Below, piece by piece: positions 14,555 to 28,098 of a stretch of 64,000 nucleotides of DNA. Origin of the DNA: Lingula anatina (lineage: Eukaryota > Animalia > Brachiopoda); contig CM120649.1 in NCBI GenBank assembly GCA_051362555.1, positions 12,028,001 to 12,092,000 of the forward strand, in the 5' to 3' direction. The notes below the pieces were generated by a model. It did not search any database. It was not told the DNA's origin and worked only from the letters and a program-made list of their open reading frames with translations. The position numbers and the translations under genes were made by a program. Each line of letters starts with the position of its first letter. The first letter of the stretch is position 1.

Positions 14555-14917
14555 TTAAAAGTATGGGTTTTTGTAATAATCTCTTAAGTTTATAATATAG
14601 TAATACCAAATTAGTAAAGAGACAAATACTTTGCCCCCCTCCCCCCCCAAAAAAAAAAAAAAATAATAATAATAATAAAGCATTGAGTGAGAGATGGCCT
14701 ATCCTCAGTCCTCTACAAATTTTTGGTTTGATTTTGCTGTTAAGCATTATGTAATATTCTATCAAAATTGACAAAATAACCAATTTGTATGTGATTTTCT
14801 GCTGTTTGTCTCTACAGGTATGTGTCTGTGTATGTTTATGTTTACTGTGTCTCTGTTGTTGCTTTCACTGTTGCCTTCCCCATTCAAAACATCAATCCCT
14901 ATAACTGTAAATGGTAT

Positions 14918-15258
14918 TTGTACCACCACTAGTCATAGGCGCTGGCTGTACACATGGTTTTAGTCCCGTCCGGTCCATTCCGCCGGCTCCACTGCCAAGT
15001 CACCGTTACCGCTTCTCCTCCTAGACTGCAAGGGCCTGCGTACCCATCTCTTGGATTTAGGTCACGTAAAATTTCAGGATTGATACGCCCATAGTTACTA
15101 TTGAACTTGAAATAGGAAGTCATATACTGACAGTGTAAGTGTGACCGTGAAATTGGCCTTTGACATACTTTTCACCATGGAATGAATTTTGCAACTTTTT
15201 GGTCCCTTGTATCTCCAAAACTGGCAAAGATATGGCCATAGTTACTATTGAAATTGAA
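14918..15258 (+). mobile_element. 5' fragment of a family A HINE-like element, truncated at the ISL2EU-like element
   Basis: gtaccaccac...catggttttagtccc start matches 11277-11330; similarity stops abruptly near 15258. Confidence 0.55.
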
Positions 15259-15431
15259 TTCTAGAAGTCGGCGTGAGGTCACAAGATGGCGGCCGCCTTA
15301 ACAACCATTTGTTTGGGGGATGAAAATCACGTGACCTCCAGAGTTCTCCATTGCTTATAATGGCCGGTCGGTAAAATTTGCTCGTCAAAAATAGCATGAT
15401 TTGCAGTATTTCAACAACTTTTTACTCCACT

Positions 15432-17068
15432 ATGGCGTATCAGTACGAAGAGGGACTACCCCCAGAATCACTGAAAAGATACAGAGAGAAGCTGAACCTC
15501 AGCAATTTTTAAGATTTGCCCATACAAGTTTCCAGCAGACTCGTGGGTTAACGATCCAAAGGAATGACCAGACCTGATGTATGGGGATCTTTATTCCTAC
15601 TTGATCAAGTCACCACGTAAGTTATGTTGGTTTTTTTAACAAATAATATAAGTTGGTGCTATGTAAAGTGATAGGAGACTGGTTATTTCATATTTTTGAA
15701 TCCATTTGCCCATTTGTACCACCCAGTTGCATCCACTTCTTTGTCTCCTTTGTTCACTGTGGCTCAGTTGTTCAGCCATGCTCTGTACTTCAAGCACAAG
15801 TGTTAGTCTTCTCAGTTATAATGAAACCACCTAACTACCCCCAATAAGCATATTGTGGAATGATAGCAGACTGTTTAATCCATAAGTTAAAAGTAAATTT
15901 ATCCATTTATACCCAGGATTTACTGTCTTTTAACTATTAAATTACTGCCTTTTTTCTGGTGAATTACTTGGAATTTTTTTATTACAACTTTACCAGATCT
16001 TTGTCTTAGATCAAGGTACATATTAAGGTATTATGGCAAATGAGATATACTTGGATTTCATTACCTGTGATTTGTAAAATACATCAGAGGATGATACTTT
16101 TAAAGATGTTTAATGTTTAAAGAAAAGACATGTAGATTGATTTAGTAACATTTACTAAATTGTGGTTTTTTGTACTGTTTTCACCAAGCCTAATTGTCTT
16201 TTTTTTCCACTCACTTTGCAGGTTAGGGGAGACCTGCTCTCATGTTGGGGCTTTGTTGTTTAAAGTGGAAGCAGCAGTGAGATTAGAAGTGACAACTGCA
16301 ACATGCACAGACCGTCCCTGTGCGTGGAATGATTTTTATGTTGATTCTGTGGAAGCTGATAAGGTTTCAAACAAACAGTTTTATTCAAACAAACGCAAGG
16401 ACAGGGTGAGGAAAAGGCAGAAAACCATTCCACAGGCAACCCCCCAGGCCAAGGCAGCATTTCTTCAGTCCCTGGCATCTTTGGAGACCCCATGCATAGG
16501 ACTTAGTTTATTTAGACAACATAACGCAAGATTTGTTGGACTGGGCCCTACACCAGTGCCAAAGAAACTCCCCCAGTCGTTGAGAGACTTGTACACTATT
16601 GGCAATGAACATTTGAATGTCCCTGCCTTGAAGGAGGCATGAGAGCAAGCTAAGGTGAAAGTGGGCTCACTGACCAACACAGAGGCCAGGTATGTGGAGG
16701 AGGTTACAAAGACTCAGTCCTCATCAGCAGCGTGGCACATGGTCCGTGTAGGGAGAATTTCTGCATCAGTGGCTGGTGATGTGTTGAAGACAGACCAGAG
16801 TAGTCCAGCTCCATCTCTGATTAACAAGGTCACTTCAGCTGGGAAAGTAATCAACAGTGCTCCTATTAGATGGGGACGAGAACATGAAAAGGACGCCCTC
16901 ACCCAATATCAACAATTGTACACTGATCAGAACCACAATGATGTCAGCATCAACAGCTCTGGCCTCAGATTGGACACTCAGCAGCCGTGGCTTGGGGCGT
17001 CACCAGATGCCATTGTAAAATGCACTTGTTGTGGTGAAGGCACTGTAGAAGGCACTTACAATAATTAA
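15432..17068 (+). pseudogene. Decayed transposon ORF: SWIM zinc finger plus YqaJ/lambda-exonuclease domain (ISL2EU/KolobokP-type accessory protein)
   Basis: First exon MAYQYEEGLPPESLKRYREKL..W.NDPK..PDLMYGDLYSYLIKSP with a GT donor near 15617. Then LGETCSHVGALLFKVEAAVR..CTDRPCAWN and TKTQSSSAAWHMVRVGRISAS..WGREHE..SGL..PWLGASPDAIVKCTCCGEGTVE. Stops and a frameshift are present. Confidence 0.8.
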
Positions 17069-17269
17069 GGTCAATTTGAAAATTTTCCCCGAATATGGTG
17101 CGAATTTTAAAAATTCTTCGTTCAGGCTCATTATTCTTCATTCCTGCTGATTCCGAGTAAGTGTGACGGAGGTATTAACACTGGTGGAATAGTTGTACAA
17201 ATACCCTCTCTGTCTTGAGGCTGTACCATCATATCCAAATTTGCATGTAGCACATCAATTACTTTCCAA

Positions 17270-17630
17270 AAATGGTCAATTATTGTTGATTTGGGCAAAC
17301 CAATCAAAAGAAGTGTTGTGCCTTAATCTCACCAGTGTCAAAAAAGTTCTTCTTGTAAGGGCAGCGAAGACTTGGTATTACGATTTGGAAAGATGGTGAG
17401 TAAGAAGAGGAACAGTTGTGAAAAATGAGACCAAGTAATACCAGTCATCATTATATACATTTCGTCGTTATCTTCAACTGAGGAAGATGACAAAGGGCTA
17501 GAAAGAACATTTTTTTCCGCTCTCTCTAAGGCTTCGTCCCTTTCTAATCTCAAAGCTGCCATCAACTTAATAAACATCTCTCCCTCTCTGAGAGGTTTAG
17601 AGGCTGGAGGATTGGAGTTGTGCCCACTAG
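17270..17630 (-). pseudogene. Remnant of an ISL2EU/Harbinger-type transposase (HTH region), convergent with the YqaJ ORF
   Basis: DEMYIMMTGITWSHFSQLFLFL..SLPLQEELF, then after a 1-nt frameshift LTLVRLRHNTSFDWFA, resembling the LxLxxQLLLTLxxLR HTH motif. The DDE core is absent. Confidence 0.6.
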
Positions 17631-18736
17631 AATGAAAATGAGGACAGCTTAATTGTCAAAATGAAAACAAAGCATAACCAAACCATAAGAAGCATTAAAT
17701 TCAATTAGGCTAAAAAATATTCAGGAAATAAGAATACGACGATAGGAAGTTAAATTACCAGTTTTGGCAATTCATTTCATGTTCCATTTGTACCTACTAA
17801 TATGTTGAATTAATATGTGTCAAATAAATACACAGAAACAACTGCAATTACCATTAAACATCATCATACCTAATTAAAAGATCACTGCTGCTATGGATAT
17901 ATCTAGCTTTACATGTACAGACATATTTATGAAACATTGCTTGATAAATGCTAAACTTGTGTATGGATTACTCACCACCTTCAGTTTTATATTACTATAA
18001 TATAAAACTATAATTAATTTTTAAGCGACGAAATTTTCAAGACTTTACCGTAACTAAGAGAATTACCAAAAGACATTTGTTAATATTACCTGAAAAATGA
18101 TGTTTAAATGGATTTTCTGCTAGCTTTCTATGCTGTATATACATGGGCCAGGAAAGTAGGTCACATAAGTGGGTTAAATTTCTGACCAAAAATTTAAAGA
18201 AAGGAGCAGTCTAAAGCTCTTTTATGGCTGATCGAGTGATTTATTCAGTTTATCCCTTGGCATGTTGACTTTAATTCAGTTGTATAAGAAACTAGTAGAA
18301 GTGGTTTATATGTGTTACTGGGAATTCACACTCCACTGATGCTGGATTCATATGCACCTTTAAAAATGGCTTCCTGTGAGAATCTGCATGATCTGATTAA
18401 TTTAAAATATATATTATTTAACTGTCTTGTTTATGTAGAATCATAAAAAAATATGAATTTGTCAGCATTTAAAAGTTTCATTTCATTGCAGATTTTGAAA
18501 TACAGTTCGACAGCCAGAACAGACCAATCCCAGTGGAGGAATTTAACTCAAGCCATACACACAGAAAGTACAGTAATGATTTTACTTCTAATTTCCAAAT
18601 GCTTTACTATTTCTAATATTTTACTCTTTGAAGATATCTTTCTTAGACAAAAGACTGTTCTCTCTCTGTTCTCCACTCACTTTTCAATATGTTTGAATCA
18701 ACACAATGAAGCAAAACTCACACTTTTCACTTTCAT

Positions 18737-21620
18737 TTTATTATGTACAGACACAGATGTGTCTGTACATATTGCCATCACCTGCGTCTGTCGTCGCCAT
18801 CACCGATGCCGATGCCGGCGCCGTGCACTTTCCTTGTAAACACGATAAGTGGAAGGCAGTTTTACTTTTTGGCTTAATATTTACAGAGCTGATGAATATT
18901 CATAAAATGCAGGTCAAGTTCGAAAACCAGCATGATCGGGCCATTATTGTAGAAGTTATGCTGTTTTTTCACTTTTCAGCATACATGCAACACTGTAAAC
19001 ACATTTTAAGGAAAACCGCTAGGCTTTTTGTCATGAAACTCACAGGAGTAATCGATCTTACTATAACGCAGGTCAAGTTCGAAAATCGGCAGGATCGGGC
19101 CACTATTTTAGTAGTTATGCTTTTTTATGTACAGACACAGATGTGTCTGTACATATTGCCATCACCTGCGTCTGTCGTCGCCAATGCCGTCGCCAGCGCC
19201 GTGCACTTTCCTTGTAAACACGATAAGTGGAAGGCAGTTTCACTTTTTGGCTTTATATTAACAGAGCTGATGAATATTTATAAAACGCAGGTCAAGTTCG
19301 AAAATCAGCATGATCGGGCCATTATTGTTGAAGTTAAGCTGTTTTTTCACTTTTCAGCATATATGCAACCTTGTAAACACATTTTTAGGAAAACCGTTAG
19401 GCCTGTTGTCATGAAACTCACAGGAGTAATCAATCTTACTAAAACGCAGGTCAAGTTCGAAAATCAGCATGATCGGGCCACTATTTTAGTATTTATGCGG
19501 TTTTTTCATTGTTCAGCATATATGCAACACTGTAAACACAATATAAGAAAAACAGAAAGCCCAATTGTCATTAAACTCACAGGAATGGTCAGTCTTACTA
19601 AAACGCAGGTTGAGTTCGAAAATCAGCATAATCGGGACATTATTTTAGAAGTTATGCGGTTTTTTCACATTTCCTCAGATTTCCTCAGATTTAATTCTTA
19701 GGCATGTTAATAGCCTTATTATTTAAGTAATAAGATACGTAAAAGTGTTTGTTTGACATTTCCTGCATCTTTACAACATTGTTAGTTGATTATGTAAAAA
19801 TGATGGTAAACTTGTTATCATGTATTGTGTAATCAAGTGTCAAAAACGGAAATAAACTCATATCATTGCAGTGTGTCAGATTCAATCATCCACTATGTTC
19901 AGAATCTCAGAATGGAGGAAATTGGACATTTAAAACTGTTCTATTGATACTTTTCTCATCTCATCAATTTTCTTAGTTGGTCATAAAAAAATGGCAGTAA
20001 AATGTTTATTTTGTTTTATGTTTAAAAGGTGTTAAAAATGGAAATAAACCCATTTCAGAAAAGTGCTGTCTTGTTTACATTTTGGCATTTTCAAGATGTG
20101 ACTTTGAAGTTCCATGGGCCTGAAGACCTTTGCTAGTCACATTTTCTGAATATCTGTGATACTAATATTTTATAATTAAAAATTAATGATCATTATGCTG
20201 TTAAACATTATGTAATATTGCATCAAAATTTGAAGAAACCCCTATTTTGGGCACTGCTCCCATGATGACCATTTAAGGAAAATCACGTCACTTACTGTTC
20301 TCAAACTTACAGGAAAGAAACATGGGACTAAAATACAGCTTCAGTAGGCAATGCAGTCCGTTTGGTAACTTTTTCTGGCAGTTAAACAGTTTTTTTTTGT
20401 GAAAATTTAATTTTTCACATGTTGGCATTTTTAAGGTGTGACTTTGAAGTTCCATGATCATGAAGACCTTTGCTTGTCATGTTTTCTGAATGTCCATGTT
20501 ACAAATATTTTATTAATAACATTTGATGGTCATTATGCTGTTAAACATTATGTAATGTTGCATCAAAATTAGAAAAAAACCCTATTTTGGGCACTGCTCC
20601 TATGATGACCATTTAAGGGAAATCATGTCACTTACTGTTCTCAAACTTACAGGAAAGAAACATGGGTCTAACATACAGCTTCAGTAGGCAGTGCAGTCTG
20701 TTTGGTAAATTTTTCTGGCAATTTAACAGTTTTTTTGTGAAAATTTAATTTCTCACTTCTTGGTATTTTCAAGGTGCGACTTAGAACCTCCATGGGCTTG
20801 AAGACCCATGCTAGTCTCATTTTCTGAAAATCCATGACACATATATTTAATTATTAAAAATTGATGTATTATGCTGTTAAGCATTATGTAATGTTGCATC
20901 AAAATAGAAGAAAACACAATTTTTGGTGCTTCTGCCATGATGACCATTATGGGAAAACAGTGCTACTTATGATTGTCAAACTTTTAAAAAAGAAACACAG
21001 GACTAAAATGCAGCCCGAGTTGGAAAAGCAGTCTAATTGGCTTCTTTTTCTGGAAGTTATACATTTTTAGAGTGAAATATTCATTATCTTTTTGGCATAT
21101 TCATTGTGGGACTCGGAGCTCCCATGGACATGAAGCCGGATGGTAATCAAATTTTCTACATGTTCATGCTATTTATAGTCAATAATCAAAAATTAGTGAT
21201 AATTATTCTATAATTTATTATGTAATGTTACATCAAAATTGACAATAATCTTTTTGCACTGCTACTGCAAACATTATGAAAAGAAAACTGTGTTATTTAT
21301 TATTATATTTAACTTATGAGTATGATTTTTAGGATTGGCATGCAGTTCAAATTAGAAAGCCAGGTCAATTGGGTTATCATTTATTATTGAATTTTATGCA
21401 ATTTTGTGTGAAATTTCATTTTTCTCATTCTGGCACTTTCTAAGTATAAACTTGAACTCTGATGGGCCTGAAGCCTTATGCTTTTACTTTCGTTGGTGTT
21501 ACCTGTTGTGCAAAATTAAAATTTGATGTTGACTGTGCAGTTAAACATAATGTATTATTGCATCAGAATTGGTAGTCTCCTATTTTGTGCATTATTGTTT
21601 TGTGTTTTTCTTAAGTTGTG
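18737..21620 (+). repeat. Family B HINE-like composite repeat with 123-bp tandem array and duplicated head
   Basis: Hairpin head at about 18743 and 19127, 123-bp units, and downstream sequence colinear with 1940-2750 + 7680-8334 + 9251-9670. Confidence 0.7.
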
Positions 21621-21934
21621 ACTTATGGGCCTGAAAGACCTTTGAGAGGGTCAGTCTGTAAATTTCCCTTGGGTATCACTTAGCTAATTTCAGTCTTATA
21701 AAGTAATTTGCCTAATTATTCGGCCATTAAATGAGATTACATAAAGCACACTTGTTGATATTTCCCTGTAAACTCCCATAGGTTAAGCTCTCTGCTAGAT
21801 TAATAATAAGGAAGCAGTGATAATTATGCAGGTGAATTTTGTTTAAAATTGCAAATAAGTTTTTAATATATATATATATATATATATCAAACTCAAAGAT
21901 TAAAAGTTTGAATAGCAGCTTCATTGGAATTATA

Positions 21935-22120
21935 TTTACCTCTGCCAAGGAGGTTATATTTTCACCCCTGTTTGTCATCAACATAACTCAAAAAGTTATG
22001 GACCGATTTTGCTGAAATTTTCAGGAACTGTCAGAAGTGGGCCAAAGAGGACAATAATCAATAATAATCAACAATTGCTACCTTGGCAGAGGTCTGCACT
22101 CTTTGAGCGCTTTTCTAGTT
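21935..22120 (+). mobile_element. Short Helentron-associated element (HINE/DINE-like)
   Basis: Subterminal inverted repeat acctctgccaagg (21938) / ccttggcagaggt (22081), then the hairpin gcactctttgagcgc and ttttctagtttt. Confidence 0.75.
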
Positions 22121-24538
22121 TTGTTATGTTTTCCTTTATAATTTTTTCTCAAACACTTGCATTTGTGACTTTTAACTCTCATCCGCCTGAGGCTCTGACA
22201 TTTCTGTATTTCCACATAAGCAGTTGTATTGTTTTTTATGTCTTTAAACATTATGTTACTTATGTAATATTATTTTATGCACTGTCATCATTTTTCAAAT
22301 ATTGAGACTTTCATCATCTGAATTTAAACTCATGGTCCTGAAACTGTAATCTTATTGAAAGGGTAGATTGAGACCATCTTCTGGGTCTTCCTGAAGACAG
22401 TCAGGTTATTAAGTTTATATTGCCTGGTATCTATTTTTTCTTCTGTTGGAAGACCATCAAAATGGAGGATGGATCAAAATAGATACTTTGGAATACTGTC
22501 AGAAAATATCTCTGGGTCCGCTCATGTTATTGACCATTTTACCTGTTGTGCATGATTAAAATTCAGTGTTGACTGACAGTGCTATTATAAGCATTATTTA
22601 TTATTGCACCAAAATTGACAAAACCTATTTTGCATCTTTATTTTCTGTTTTTTGTCTGTACATTTGACAGCTTTGCTGCCTTGTTTTTCGTTTTTCAGCA
22701 TATATGCAACACTGTAAACACAATATTAGAAAAACAGATAGGCCAATTGTCATTAAACTCACAGGAGTGGTCATTCCTGCCAAAACGCAGGTTGAGTTAA
22801 AAAATTATGATGAAAAAATTTTATTTTTCACATATTGGCATTTTCAAGGTGTGATTTAGAACCTCCACGGGCTTGAAGACCCATGCTAGTTACATTTTCT
22901 GAAAATCCGTGATACGAATATTTTATTATAAAAAAATGACGGTCATTATGCTGTTAAGCTTTATGTAATATTGCATCAAAATAGAAGAAACCACAATTTT
23001 GGGTGCTGCTGCCATGATGACCATTATGAGAAAACCATGTTACTTATGATTGTCAAACTTTCAAAAAAAAAAACACAGGACTAGAATGCAGCCTGAGTTG
23101 GAAAAGCAGTCTAATTGGCTTCTTTTTTTTTCTGGAAGTTATTCATTTTAGGGAAATATTCATTTTTATCGTGTTGGCATATTCACTGTGGGACTCAGAG
23201 CTCCCATGGACATGAAGCCGAATGGTTATCAAATTTTCTGTATCCATGCTATTTATAGTCAATAATTAAAAATTGGTGATAATTATTCTGCAATTTATTA
23301 TGTATTTTTACATCAAAATTGACAAAAATCTTTTTGCACTGCTACTACAAACATTATGAAAAGAAAACTGTGTTACTTATTATTATTTTTAACTTACAAG
23401 TATTATTTTTAGGATTGGCATGCAGCTCAGATTAGAAAGCCAGCTCAATTGGGTTATCATTTATTATTGAATTTATGCAATTTTTTGTAAAATTTTCATT
23501 TTTCTCATTCTGGCATTTTCAAAGTGTGAACTTGAACTCCCATGGGTCTGAAGCCTTATGCTTGTTACACATTTTACTTACATTGGTATTACCTGTTGAG
23601 CATAATTAAAATTTGATGTTGAATTTGCAGTTAAGCATAATGTATTTTTGCATCAGAATTGACAGTAGCCTATTTTTTGCATTGTTATTTTCTGCTTTTT
23701 GTCTGTACATTTGACAGCTTTGCTGCCTTGTTTATTTATTTATTTTATTTTATTTTATCAATAGGATTGCTATCAGTATGCCAGTAAAGGTCTATTATGA
23801 GAGGTATGTCTCACATTCCAGAGACAGTCAAAAAATGAGGCAACTGGAGATATTGGGGTACAAAGTAGTAATGGTAAGCTGAGTGAATGTCAGTTAAGTT
23901 ATTATACAACCAGTATAGTACACATGGTTTTAGTCCCAACCTGTCTCATCCTCCACATCTGCCGCAGTGTCACCATTACCAATTTTACTCCTAGACTACA
24001 AGAGCCTGTTTACCAATCTCTTGGATTTAGGTCACATAACTTGATCCATGACTTTTGCAGTGCACTGGTCTAAGTGTGGCACTTGGCGCAATACACCCTT
24101 GTCCAAAATTTATATAATTAAATGCTAAATATCTCCTAAACCAAAGGAATCATGGGGAAAATTATTATAGATGTTTGACTGAATTTCATGTGGGGATTTC
24201 AAATCTGCCCTTGGATTTGACCTTTAATCTACTTTTCACCATGAACTGCACTTTGCAAATTAAGGGATATACCCAAAGTTAGAACTGATGTGAATAGGAA
24301 GTCTTATATTGGTAATCTTACTGTGACCTTGAATTTGACCATTGACCTATTTTTCATCATAAACTGCACTTTGCAAAATTTCAAGCTCTCGTATATTTAC
24401 TATTGCTGCAACCGTGTACTTGACCTTTTTCTTTTCCCCACGATTGTGTTGTAAATTGTAATTTTCTACAAAAAAGTTAGAGCTCTTGTTTATTGTATTT
24501 TGTAGAGCTTGTCAAGCACAACTTTTTTTATACGCACT

Positions 24539-24687
24539 CAGGGCCGTAGCCTCCGGGGGGGCAGGGGGGGCAGCTGCCCCCCCTGGAATTTGGAATTTTA
24601 CACACCATACCCACCCCCCTCGGTAGCTTCGCCCCCTCGTGTCCGCTTACTGCCCCCCCCTGGCATTTTGCTCAGGCTACGGCCCTG
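24539..24687. mobile_element. MITE
   Basis: TIR cagggccgtagcct / aggctacggccctg; gcact duplicated on both sides. Confidence 0.75.
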
Positions 24688-25518
24688 GCACTTATGGTAC
24701 AATATGGATTGTAAGTTCTTGTTAATGACTGCTCCCATGGCTGGTGCTTCAAACAGTGGAATAATTTGTATTTTACTTGAATCCCATTGAGTAGTACACC
24801 TCTTTGAGGTGGATAACAAGTGCAATTAATCTAAATTTTAAGCTTCGTCTTCGTATCAATTCCTAGAATAATCAATGCCAGTTAGTCACTCTGAGCAAAA
24901 AATAAGAGGAATTTTTTAGGAATAATTGAAAAACAAAGAAATGGAATGGACACCTGACCTCTGTATTTCAGTATAAGAATGTTTTGTGGTACCTTTTTCT
25001 GTTACTTTTAGATAACCTCATAATCGCTTTTTCATTACAGTTGTACCCTAGAATTTGGGAGACTTATAACCTATGTCAGCAAAAAGAGTTTCTACGCCAA
25101 GCAATTTCGGACATGGGCCACAACATTGAAGGTGAAGGTCATTGAAAAGACTTGAATGAGGAGAATTATCTTCAGGAATAAGTGTAGTCGGGTGTCATTA
25201 TGGCATTGTTCTCAAAACTGTAGCACTGAACTTCATGGCTAATTTCAGTCATCACACAGAGAAGGTTGAAGCACAGAAAAAGCTCTCTCTAAGATAAAAG
25301 AACTCATTGGCATCCTGCTCTCTTTAGACAATCTGACAGAGTGATGTTATTTTGGTTTTTAGATCTCCATCATCTGCTTTCTTTCCTTTGCCAGTGGTGT
25401 CACTGTCACTTTCCTGAATTTTATGCTGGTAAACATCACAAAAGAAAAACAATAATTGTGGACAATGAAAACTACCTGCTACTGAATGGTTTTGCTTATG
25501 ATGCAACACGTATGATGT

Positions 25519-26640
25519 TTTTATGTACAGACACAGATGTGTCTGTACATATTGCCATCACCTGCGTCTGTCGTCGCCGATGCCGATGCCGATGCCGTGC
25601 ACTTTCCTTGTAAACACGATAAGTGGAGGGCAGTTTTACTTTTTGGCTTTATATTTACAGAGCTGGTGAATATTCATAAAATGCAGGTCAAGTTCGAAAA
25701 TCAGCACGATCGGGCCATTATTGTAGAAGTTATGCTGTTTTTTCACTTTTCAGCATGTTTTTCACATTTCCTCAGATTCAATTCTTAGGCATGTTAACAG
25801 TCTCATTATTTAATTAATAAGACACATAAAAGTATTTGTTTGACATTTCCTGCATCTTTACAACATTGTTAGTTGATTTTGTAGAAATGATGGTAAACTT
25901 GTTATCGTGTATTGTGTAATAAAGTGTCAAAAATGGAAAAAAACTCATATCAGTCAGATTCAATCATTCACTATGTTCAGAATGTCAGAATGGAGGAAAT
26001 TGGACATTTGCCACAGTTCTATTGATATTTGTCCCATCTCATCAATTTTCTTAGTTGGCAGTAAACTGTTTATTTCATTTAAAAATGGAAATAAACCCAT
26101 TTCAGAACAGTGCTGTCTAGTTTTTATTTTGGCATATTCAAGGTGTCACTTTGAAGTTCCATGGGCATGAAGACCTTTGCTAGTCACATTTTCTGAAAAT
26201 CCATGATACCTTTATTTTATTATTAATGATTGTCATTATGCTGTTAACCATTATGTAATATTGCATCAGAATAGAAGAACACACAATTTTGGGTGCTGCT
26301 GCCATGAAAACCATTATGGGAAAACCATGTTTCTTATGATTGCCAAACTTTCAAAAAAGAAATACAGGACTAAAATGCAGCCTGAGTTGGAAAAGCAGTC
26401 TAATTGACTTCTTTTTCTGGAAGTTATACATTTTCAGAGTGTGAACTTGAACTCCTATGGGGCTGAAGCCTTATGCTTGTTACACATTTTACTTACATTG
26501 GAATTACCTGTTGAGCATAATTAAAATTTGATGTTGAATTTGCAGTTTAACATAATATACTTTTGCGTCAGAATTGACAGTACCCTATTTTGTTTTTTCC
26601 TGCTTTTTGTCTGTACATTTGACAGCTTTGCTGCCTTGTT
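25519..26640 (+). repeat. Internally deleted family B composite repeat
   Basis: Hairpin head, (gccgat)n and about one tandem unit, then shortened sequence colinear with 19680-21620. Confidence 0.65.
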
Positions 26641-28098
26641 TACTGTTTATGAGTGGCATGGTAAAAATAGACATTCTATGTACATGTAACATGTATGTAG
26701 GCAGCATACTTAGTCTCTCAAATTAAAATGTATATATATGGCATCTCACTTGTCAGTGTAAAAAGCTTTAAGACATTACATGAACAGGAAGGGAAGAGCA
26801 AGCACAATGCTGGGAGGGACCACTTCCTGTGTCCCAGTTGAGGGTGTAGGTGTCTACACAGTGGGGTTTCCCTTTTGCTGCTTGAGTTACGCATAGGTAC
26901 GATTCTCACAGGCGTGTACGTCTGCCATTTTCCAATTTTTATCAAAATTGAAAACTTTATATGTAGCTCTTTTTAATAATTAATGTTGTTATTTTAAAGT
27001 GATGTGGTTAAGTCGATCACCTAACCCAAGTGAGGCTTATAATACTGTATATAAGATATGTTTATGAATAAACCATCTAACAATTATACATTTGGTCTTT
27101 CTTTGGGTGTATGCTTTTTTATATGTAGCTGGTGGTGTTAAGACCAAACACTTGCAGTGTCTATATGTTTTCTGATCTGTTTGTCTGTCCTTGTTGTTGC
27201 TGTCATTGTTCAACACATAACCTTTGCCCTATAACAACCAATGTAACATTAGTCCCATAACTTTTCACCATGATTTTGTTATAAATTGAAATTTTCAATA
27301 AACTCTTGTTTAGTGCATTTTGTAGAGCATGTCAAGCACAACACTGGAGGGGAGATGGTGCCCCTTTTTTATCAATACGAATGCGCTTATTCCAGCTGGT
27401 GGTGCAATACTCAAAGGTGGTATAGCCTCTGATCCTCTTGTTAGTGTCACGTAAGAGAACATCAGAAATATATATAAATATGGCTTCTTTGCTTTTTCTC
27501 ATGCACAACACAAGTAAAACATTTTATTTATGAAAAAGAATTGGAAACTCTGTTCTTTCAGGATATCTCGATTTATGTTGGAAATGACCTGCTGAGTTTT
27601 AGTAGCTATATTTCATTTGCCAAGATATTTGGACACTTACATGTTTCCAAAGACCTGCTTGTTCTGTTGTCTAAAACTAAAGTGTGTAAAATAGGCAAAA
27701 TAATGTAAAGCACTTGCTTCATACTACAAATCCTTGTGTAATATTTGCAGTGGTGGAAAGTAACATATTTACAGACAATATGCAATATGACAGACATCTT
27801 GAAATCATTTAAATAGAATCCGTTCAACACTGACATCACACTATCACGCATTAATCTACACAATGCTAGTTCAATTTGGTAACTGCATAATAGGTCAAAC
27901 TAGTAAGCATTTGGGCCATGCTCCACTATCAATACCCTGCCTTTGCTCACTAAAAATTTTTAACACCGTAGGGAACGATTCCAACAAATGTATATTTTAT
28001 TGATATATTTAAAGACCACTTCCATTCGTTTCTCTATTAATCTTGACACCTGCAAGCTGTGGGGAGTAAATGTTACTTTTAATGCCCCACGTGCTGTG

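Noticed and set aside
18706-19701. 331-aa ORF with 41-aa repeats
   Set aside because: Produced by the 123-bp (multiple of 3) tandem unit of the HINE-like repeat. The sister array at 1330-1930 has 122-bp units and no long ORF, and no protein motif is recognisable.
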